DNA of 5,881 nt, taken from NCBI RefSeq assembly GCF_006345805.1, contig NW_021829733.1, positions 1 through 5,881 on the forward strand, in the 5' to 3' direction. The DNA comes from Octopus sinensis (Eukaryota). The notes under the pieces are model-generated. The model was not told the origin of the DNA. It did not search any database and saw only the letters and a list, made by a program, of their open reading frames with translations. How positions within the stretch are numbered: position 1 is the stretch's first letter; each line of letters starts with the position of its first letter. The translations under genes and the position numbers were made by a program. Of the stretch, positions 1 through 5,881 are shown piece by piece.

Positions 1-68
1 CCCAGTAGGTGGGTGGTCAAATTTTACTCTAAATTAAAAAGAGGATACGAATAATATACGTAAGTAGG

Positions 69-132
69 TACGTACGTACATACATACATACATACATACA
101 TACATACATACATACATACATACATACATACA
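69..132. repeat. (TACA)n microsatellite, 14 units at 77-132, preceded by two TACG variant units
   Basis: Read directly from the sequence; abuts the 5'-truncated end of retrotransposon copy 1 at 133. Confidence 0.98.
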
Positions 133-497
133 GCGGATGTTAGCATAAAGCTGAAGATCAGTGAAAAAGAGAACACCTACGACACCTGCGCTGAACTATT
201 GAGAAATCTGCAGTTACTGTATCCAGATTACAAGTTCAGTTTAATACCTGTAATTATTGGAGCCCTGGGATATGTAACACTGCCTAAATACCAATCTTGA
301 GAAATTAGGCTTCTCAAAACCAGAGAGGAGAAAGCTGATTTGAAAACTACAGATCAAATCACAGGAACTGTAAAAATCTGCAAAACTTTCCAGAAGTTTA
401 TCATTTAAATATATGTGAGCATGTCTAGATATGCAACAATATGCCTGAGAATACATACAAAAAACATACAAAACTGCACATACATACATACGTACGT

Positions 498-536
<39 letters not shown>

Positions 537-694
537 CATACACACATACATACATACATACATACATACATACATACATACATACAAAAATACCCTGTTG
601 TTGATGTTGAAACTCCAGTGAAGGAACCTTGGATCTAGGTTAGAAATAAGTTCTTTCTCTATTGGCAAGAAATCTTGAAATAAACTGAATAATG
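133..694 (+). mobile_element. R4/Dong-clade (RLE-type) non-LTR retrotransposon, copy 1: 5'-truncated, with the C-terminal RLE end and the complete 3' UTR
   Basis: Frame 133-300 reads ADVSIKLKISEKENTYDTCAELLRNLQLLYPDYKFSLIPVIIGALGYVT. After frameshifts it continues CLNTNLEKLGFSKPERRKLI*KLQI/ITGTVKICKTFQKFII*, with the stop at 406-408. The K-x-x-x-Y..L..L and P(V/I)IIGALG motifs match the end of the RLE domain of R4/Dong-type elements. 279-592 is homologous to 2187-2412. An in-frame 9-nt tandem duplication lies at 173-190. The 3' end runs into (ACAT)n at 695. Confidence 0.85.
479..586. repeat. Compound (CATA)n/(CA)n microsatellite inside the 3' UTR of retrotransposon copy 1
   Basis: Read directly; the homologous position in copy 2 holds only about 3 CATA units followed by the same CAAAAATA. 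Confidence 0.95.
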
Positions 695-787
695 ACATAC
701 ATACATATATACATACATACATACATACATACATACATACATACATACATACATGCATACATACATACATACATAGATTCATACATA
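695..787. repeat. (ACAT)n microsatellite at the 3' junction of copy 1
   Basis: Near-perfect tract 695-775 with a short degenerate extension. Confidence 0.97.
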
Positions 788-788
788 G

Positions 789-987
789 CACGCCGTCGGT
801 TACGACGACGAGGGTTCCAGTTGATCTGATCAACGGAATGGCCTGGTCGTGAAATTAATATGCACGTGGCTGAGCGCTCCACCGACACGTGTACACTTAT
901 CTCAGTTCTCAGGCAGATTCAACATGACAAAGAGTATGACAAGGCTGACCCTTTGAAATACATACGGCACTAATTTTTACCAGCTGA
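789..987 (-). mobile_element. Probable 5'-truncated SINE (3' half) of a cephalopod-type family, embedded in the TACA tract
   Basis: Non-repetitive, GC-richer 200-bp block with TACA repeats on both sides. It resembles, from recall, the reverse complement of the body and tail of an abundant octopus tRNA-derived SINE. No pol III boxes are present in this fragment, so the family call cannot be verified here. Confidence 0.55.
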
Positions 988-1060
988 TACATACATACAT
1001 ACATACATACATACATACATACATACATACATACATACATACATACATACATACATACAT
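988..1060. repeat. Perfect (TACA)n microsatellite, about 18 units
   Basis: Read directly; abuts the 5'-truncated end of retrotransposon copy 2 at 1061. Confidence 0.98.
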
Positions 1061-2412
1061 GTTAAGGAAGTCTGAAGGATGTCTAACTGGTTAGCAAGGA
1101 AACAGAAATACCAAAATTACACAGTTTCTTTGCGGGTGGCTTGAAACTTTTATGCAAAGAATTTGCACGAGATGAAAAAGAGCTTTGACCTGGTTACAAC
1201 GTTCTCGAAGGATGTTGGGTTGGAGTTTGGTCAGATTAAATGTTGTTATATGATTGTTGAAAGGGAGAAAACTATAAACCAGACTAGCAGCATCTTCATC
1301 AATGTCTTGACTGTTTCCCCTATAACTGATGAGAAATGTTCTAGGTGTCTCGGTGTGGATGAAGACATATCTTACAATGGCACCTATAACAAAACACGTG
1401 TCACTAAGGAATAGTACAGTCGAATAAAGAAAATTTGGGCCTCAGAACTCTTTGCATTCAATAAAATAGTTGTCCACAATGTGCCTTGCAGTGTCAGTAC
1501 TCATACCAACGTTTGGGCTGCTTAATTGGACGCTTGATGAAATCCGAGCCATTAATGTGAAAACCCGGAAAATACTAACATGCACACATAATTTCCACAT
1601 AAACAGTGACGTAGACCGTCTCTGCCTAAAACGAAAACAAGGTGGTAGAGACTTAACATCGATCCAAAATGCCTCTGAATGTCGTATCATATCCCTTCGG
1701 CATCATCTTTTAACCACCAAGTGTCAAAGTGCATCCCTTGGCCAAATTTGCATACTTGAGGCTGATGACATAAGACTTGGAAGGTAATTCCATGAGCAGC
1801 ATTCTTTGTCTAATAACCTTAAATAAATGCCCCAAGACATCGCACGTATCATCAGACGAAAGGATGAGCATCATCAAAGCAATCTATCATGGACGAATAA
1901 CCGGATTACTACATCCCACTTTGAAGGGTATGTGTTTGCAATCCAGGAACAGGAAATAGCAACCAAATATTTTATTCGCAAAATTGATTGAGATGCAGGA
2001 AAAGCAGTAAAATGTGACAACCTATGCAGATTTTGTGGAGTTAACACCAAAGATAGCCATACCATAAGCAGTTGTCCGTAAATGCCATTACGGTATTATC
2101 CACCGATGAGACATGGTGTTGTAGCTAGGACACTATATATTCAAATACCTCGGAAGGATAACCACGAGGACAAAGAAATAAAACAAACTGCCTAAATACC
2201 AGTCTTGAAAAATTAGTCTTCTCAAAACCAGAAATGGGTAAGCTGATTCGAAGGCTTCTCATGCGATCCATTAGTGGAACAATAAAACTCTAAAACTTTC
2301 CAGGAGTTTATCATTAAGTATATATGAGCATGTCTAGATATGCAACTATATGCATGAGAAGACATACATAAAGCAAAACATACAAATCTGCACATACATA
2401 CATACAAAAATA
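1061..2412 (+). mobile_element. R4/Dong-clade non-LTR retrotransposon, copy 2: pseudogenised RT-thumb-CCHC region, internal deletion of the RLE core, partial 3' UTR
   Basis: Conceptual translation across frameshifts and stops gives: HSFFAGGLKL at 1120-1149 (decayed F(V)DD RT motif), FSKDVGLEFGQIKC, CSRCLGV (YKYLG), SRIKKIWASELFAFNK, IPTFGLLNWTLDEI, KTRKIL, H-x-x-SDVDRL-x-LKRKQGGRDL, FEGYVFAIQEQEIATKY (1920 onward), C-X2-C-X7-H-X4-C (2025-2075) and MRHGVVA. At 2187 the sequence jumps to the last about 40 codons, homologous to copy 1 from 279. This motif order is typical of R4/Dong/Rex6-type elements. Confidence 0.92.
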
Positions 2413-2416
2413 TGGA

Positions 2417-2435
2417 CTTTCCGGACAACCCAATA
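2417..2435. mobile_element. Solo mariner terminal inverted repeat remnant ending in TA
   Basis: CTTTCCGGACAACCCAATA is identical (19/19) to 5071-5089, the terminus of the mariner element, and is in the same orientation. Confidence 0.85.
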
Positions 2436-2448
2436 CAAACATACATAC

Positions 2449-2699
2449 TGGAGCACTTGGTTTTTGTAAGTAAATGCCTAACTGTCATTCTGGATAAGCT
2501 TGGATTTTCACAAAAAGGAATGAACCAACTGATTTGCATATTACAAATACAATCTGTAAGCAAAATGGTAAAATTATGCAAGACTTTTCTCAGGTTTAAA
2601 ACGTGACATTGTTTTCGTTATCTACATTCCAAAGATGGAGCTTTGTATCTTTGTTAGAAACCAAGAATTTTTCAAGAAGAATTTCAATCATTAAATACA
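2449..2699 (+). mobile_element. R4/Dong-clade retrotransposon, copy 3 (divergent subfamily): extreme C-terminus and 3' UTR
   Basis: With one frameshift it reads GALG-FVSKCLTVILDKLGFSQKGMNQLICILQIQSVSKMVKLCKTFLRFKT* (stop 2604-2606), aligning with GALGYVT-CLNTNLEKLGFSKPE...VKICKTFQKFII* of copy 1. UTR segment 2626-2662 matches 612-648 at 26/37 nt. It is preceded by ACATACATAC. Confidence 0.8.
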
Positions 2700-2703
2700 G
2701 AGG

Positions 2704-2856
2704 ATCCATCCATCTGTCCATCAATCCATACGAACATATATACATACATACATACATACATACATACATACATACATACATACATACATACATACATACA
2801 TACATGCATACATGCATGCGTACATACATACATACATACATACATACACACATATA
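2704..2856. repeat. Degenerate (TCCA)n followed by a long (TACA)n microsatellite
   Basis: Read directly; main TACA tract about 2741-2850 with TGCA/TGCG variants. Confidence 0.97.
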
Positions 2857-3005
2857 TTTTTGTGTTGAGTATCAGCACTACTTATATTAAGACCTCTCTA
2901 AGGACGGTTGACCACCCCTCCCCTTTCCTCAGCATCTGGTCAACACTTATCTAGCAACAGTATACGAAAAACATAGTACAAAAAAATTAAACAAAAAAAA
3001 AAACA

Positions 3006-3196
3006 GGCGTAGGATGGCTGTGTGGTAAGTAGCTTGCTTGCCAACCACATGGTTCCGGGTTCAGTCCCACTGCGTGGCACTTTGGGCAAGTGTCTTCAAC
3101 TGTAGCCTCGGGCCGACCAAAGCCTTGTGAGTGGATTTAGTAGACGGAAACAGAAAGAAGCCCGTCGTATATATGTATGTATATATATATGTATAT

Positions 3197-3229
<33 letters not shown>

Positions 3230-3483
3230 ATGTATATATATATATATATGTGTATGTGTCTGTGTATGTGTATCTGTATTTGTCCCCCTAACACCGCTTG
3301 ACAACCGATGCTGGTGTGTTTACTTCCTCGTAACTTACCGGTTCGGCAAAGAGACCGATAGAATAAGTACTAGGCTTACAAAGAATAAGTTTTGGGGTCA
3401 ATTTGCTCGACGAAAAAGCGGTGCTCCAGCATGGCCGCAGTCAATTGACTGAAACAAGTAGAAGAGTAAAAGAGTAAAAAAAA
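3006..3483 (+). mobile_element. Full-length tRNA-derived SINE (family A) with an internal microsatellite
   Basis: A-box-like TGGCTGTGTGGT (3015-3026) and B-box GGTTCAGTCCC (3058-3068) at tRNA spacing. CORE-like CACTTTGGGCAAGTGTCTT at 3078-3096. 3' hairpin at 3438-3451 and a short tandem AAGAGTA/A-rich tail. Resembles the common octopus SINE from recall. Confidence 0.85.
3168..3279. repeat. Compound (TA)n/(TG)n microsatellite inside SINE A
   Basis: Read directly. Confidence 0.95.
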
Positions 3484-3771
3484 GCATTCGCGATGCAGAA
3501 TGAGTGTAGTGTAAAAGCACTGGAATGGTTGGCAACACTTCTGCTCTTTAATCGTTGTGAAGGCCATCAGTCAGGAAGAGAAGCACGCTGAATAAATGTT
3601 CAAAAAGATAACTTGCAAGAGACATCAATATAAACTTTGATCTGCAGCCATTATGTCAGAGCTTGCTTCGATTTTGGTGATTTTGCAAATGGCCGGGTAA
3701 CGTAATGTGTCTCTTTGTAAACCATAGCTTGATTTTAATCAAAGATATTCTTAAGATGATATTTTTGAATT

Positions 3772-3969
3772 TTGGTACAAGGCCAGCAATTTCGGGCATG
3801 GGGTAAGTGGGTTACGTTGACTACAGTTGTTTTATTTGGTGAGTATTTTTATCGACCCCGAAAGGACGATAGGTAAAGTCTAGCTCGGCGGAATTTGAAC
3901 CTAGAACGTAAATACGGAAGGAATGCAGCTGAGAATAATTTCATCCGACGCGTTAACGATGCAGCCAGC
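3772..3969 (-). mobile_element. tRNA-derived SINE (family B), copy B1, near full length and diverged
   Basis: The minus strand has a B-box GTTCAAATTCC (3890-3900) and an A-box-like TGGCTGCATCGTT near 3954-3967. The body CCTTTCGGGGTCGATAAA and the tail GGCCTTGTACC are shared with B2 and B3. Confidence 0.8.
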
Positions 3970-3970
3970 A

Positions 3971-4051
<81 letters not shown>

Positions 4052-4076
4052 TAATAATAATGATAATAATAATAAT
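3971..4076. repeat. Compound trinucleotide microsatellite (AAT)12(GAT)14(AAT)n, probably the tail of SINE copy B2
   Basis: Read directly; lies at the 3' end (minus strand) of B2. Confidence 0.97.
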
Positions 4077-4200
4077 CCTTTCTGCTCTAGGCACAAGGCC
4101 TGAAATTTGGGGGGGAGGGGGCTAGTCGATTACATCTACCCCAGTATTCAACTGGTACTTATTTTATTGACCTCCGAAAAGATGAAAGGCAAATTTGACC
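4077..4200 (-). mobile_element. SINE family B, copy B2, 5'-truncated (no tRNA head)
   Basis: Homologous to B1 and B3 (GGCACAAGGCCTGAAATTT, GGGGCTAGTCG, GATGAAAGGCAAA); it stops just before the position where the B-box occurs in B1. Confidence 0.8.
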
Positions 4201-4201
4201 C

Positions 4202-4253
4202 ATAATAATGATGTTGATGATGATGTTTTTGTTGATGATGATGATGATGATGA
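4202..4253. repeat. Degenerate (GAT)n microsatellite, probably the tail of SINE copy B3
   Basis: Read directly. Confidence 0.93.
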
Positions 4254-4366
4254 TTCTTTCTACTATTGGCACAGGGTCTGAAATTTACGGAGGGGCTAGT
4301 CGGCTACATCCTCTCCTGTGCTCAACTGAAACTAGTTTATCGACCCTAAAAAGGATGATAGGCAAA
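4254..4366 (-). mobile_element. SINE family B, copy B3, 5'-truncated, abutting the broken end of the mariner
   Basis: Homologous to B2 (CTTTCTACTATTGGCACAGGGTCTGAAATTT ... TTTATCGACCCTAAAAAGGATGATAGGCAAA). Confidence 0.8.
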
Positions 4367-4369
4367 CCC

Positions 4370-5089
4370 CACATCGGGTTTTTTGCCTGGTTCCCAAAGA
4401 AACGTGCGATCTTGCATATCATGTTGGAAAACAACACCCTTCTCTTGAATTGCTGCTTTTAACTCGTCCAGTTGTGTGCAGTATTTCTCAGATTTAATTG
4501 TCTGGTTACTTGAGAGAAGCTCATAGTACAGAATTCCTTTCCAATCCCACCAGACACAAAGCAAGAATTTTTTAGGGTCAAGGCTCGTTTTGGGGGTGGC
4601 TAAGGGTGGCTCATGTCTCTTACTCCAGGATCGCTTTCTTTGAACATTTCGGTAGATAATCCATTTCTCATCACCTGTCACAATTTGCTTTAAAAAAGGC
4701 GCGTTTTCATTCCGTTTGTAAAGCGAATCACAAATGGCAATGCGATCCAAAAGGTTCTTCTCACTCAACTCATGTAGCGATTTGTGTACCCAAGCTTTAC
4801 CAGGTGCTCATGAACGACGGATTTTGATAGGTTGAGGCTTTCTGCCAATTCTCGGGTTGTGCAATGTGGGTTATTCTCAATTACTGACTTGATTTGGTCA
4901 TCATCTGTAGTGGATGGTCTGCCTGATCGCTCTTTATCAATAAGGCTACAATCTCCAGCTCGGAACCTTGCGAACCATGCTCTAAATAGAGGTATAGTCA
5001 AATCCTCTTTTATGGACTCAACCAAGTTCTAAAATAAGTCGAAAGGTAAGCTACTATAAATCGGCACGATCTTTCCGGACAACCCAATA
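4370..5089 (-). mobile_element. Mariner (Mos1/Himar-like, DD34D class) transposon relic with the 5' TIR intact and the 3' end lost
   Basis: The minus strand begins TA-TTGGGTTGTCCGGAAAGATCGTGCCGATTT, a mariner-type TIR at about 5058-5087. It carries transposase motifs WFARFRAGD...RSGRP, HEL (WVP deleted at 4774/4775), IVTGDEKW (4661-4678), KKFLLCVWWDWKGILYYELL and GVVFQHD (4418-4423). The YSPDL motif and third Asp are absent. Confidence 0.95.
4373..4977 (-). pseudogene. Mariner transposase pseudogene (HTH linker and first two catalytic Asp regions), split over track ORFs 4765-5025 and 4346-4768
   Basis: Frameshifting deletion at the WVPHEL motif, a deletion between AAIQEK and GVVFQHD, a frameshift after HD (the shifted frame reads ARSHVSLGTRQK), and the N-terminal about 45 aa are missing. 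Confidence 0.92.
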
Positions 5090-5694
5090 GAAAAAAAAGT
5101 TCCAAACTTTTGGCTACGATTGTAGAGTCAAACTGAGTCTATGCAAAGAGAAACGTTTAACTTTCTAAATAAGCACCTGTGGGTATAGATTAGTGTGTGT
5201 GTGCGCGCGTATGTGTATAGCAATTTTTAATACACCTGTATGCACACATGTCTATTGACGGAAAATACTTTATAAGAATACATCGTATTTTCCAGGATAC
5301 AAATCGAATACTTCACATCAGTATTTTCAGCCAAATAAGGTCGGTCGATTTATACACCAATACAACTTTGGAGGACCGAAAATTCGATGTGGAAAGCGGC
5401 AAGATTTGCAAAGATGGTGATGATGTTCGAATGTTTGTATTACAAGTTTGCACGAAGTTCAGAAGCGATTCAACTTCGATAAGTATTGCGCACGAAAGTA
5501 TAGAAACTTAAGGGATTTCTTTGTAACTTTCTCTTGATTAATATAAAAATAACACGCCTATATAAAGTACATGCTTTTGGATACGTCTACAGATACATAT
5601 ATACATGTGTGAGAATGTGCGTGTGTCTGGCTGCGTAAGAATACAAGTGTATAATCGTATGTACATTTACATATGAACGTATGCTAAATGTCTA

Positions 5695-5746
5695 TTGATT
5701 GATTCTAGTTTCAGCTCACGAGCTGTGGCCATGCTGGGGCACCGCC
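5695..5746 (-). mobile_element. 3'-tail fragment of a SINE related to family A
   Basis: The minus strand reads GGCGGTGCCCCAGCATGGCCACAGCTCGTGAGCTGAAACTAG, aligning to GCGGTGCTCCAGCATGGCCGCAGTCAATTGACTGAAACAAG at 3418-3458. Confidence 0.8.
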
Positions 5747-5843
5747 ATTTGTAGATATATATATTATATTTGTATCTAAACATATATACATATCTAGATG
5801 TATATATCCATGTCTCTCTCACACACCCTTTCTCTGTCGGCCT

Positions 5844-5880
5844 GTCTCTCTCTATACACACACACACACACACACACATA
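5844..5880. repeat. Short (CT)n followed by a (CA)n microsatellite, running to the window edge
   Basis: Read directly. Confidence 0.9.
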
Positions 5881-5881
5881 T

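Noticed and set aside
69-90. Same TACGTACGTACATACA variant pattern at 69 and at about 489
   Set aside because: It needs only one substitution plus slippage in each tract, which is too weak to infer duplication or common origin.
241-888. Track ORFs rich in YVCM/IHTY (241-579, 405-833, 415-621, 441-638, 640-888)
   Set aside because: Translations of (TACA)n/(CA)n microsatellites, which lack stops in several frames; the non-repetitive parts are antisense or UTR of the retrotransposon.
69-1060. Repeat-unique-repeat alternation superficially like a CRISPR array
   Set aside because: The repeats are variable-length microsatellites and the intervening blocks are retroelement fragments of unequal size; there are no cas genes and the context is eukaryotic.
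1442-2581. Minus-strand ORFs 1442-1690, 1874-2065 and 2222-2581, and plus ORF 1777-1959
   Set aside because: Antisense or off-frame shadows of the decayed retrotransposon ORF; the motif-bearing frame is a different one.
2596-2890. Track ORFs 2596-2853, 2603-2890 and 2684-2878
   Set aside because: Same microsatellite artefact over the 2741-2850 TACA tract.
2907-2944. 8-bp inverted repeat GTTGACCA/TGGTCAAC around a 22-nt pyrimidine-rich loop
   Set aside because: A few such stems are expected by chance in 5.9 kb, and there is no second copy or other support.
3006-3075. Possible tRNA gene
   Set aside because: It has A/B boxes, but I find no convincing cloverleaf or acceptor stem, and it continues into a SINE body and tail.
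3849-4094. Poly-Ile/His/Tyr ORF resembling a His-rich metal-binding peptide; also the poly-Met ORF at 4208-4462
   Set aside because: Translations of AAT/GAT trinucleotide tracts flanked by SINE sequence.
4832-5032. Plus-strand 66-aa ORF
   Set aside because: Antisense shadow of the mariner transposase.
2417-5089. Composite transposon bounded by the two 19-bp mariner TIR copies
   Set aside because: The repeats are in direct rather than inverted orientation, so they cannot form a mobilisable pair as arranged.

Overview
AT-rich, microsatellite-dense eukaryotic repeat DNA with no supportable intact gene. The repeat families resemble, from memory, those of octopus/cephalopod genomes; this is an inference and was not searched. 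The left half (69-2856) is a (TACA)n-rich zone holding three decayed, 5'-truncated, same-strand copies of an R4/Dong-clade non-LTR retrotransposon with a restriction-like endonuclease (RLE). The longest copy retains RT, thumb and CCHC zinc-knuckle motifs. Every copy begins directly after TACA repeats, which suggests a (TACA)n-targeting LINE that also carries its target repeat inside its own 3' UTR. The right half holds a full-length tRNA-derived SINE (+), three head-to-tail copies of a second SINE family (-) spaced by AAT/GAT tracts, a deleted mariner transposon (-) with one intact TIR, and SINE fragments. A solo 19-bp copy of the same mariner TIR lies at 2417-2435. Most ORFs in the supplied track are microsatellite translation artefacts.
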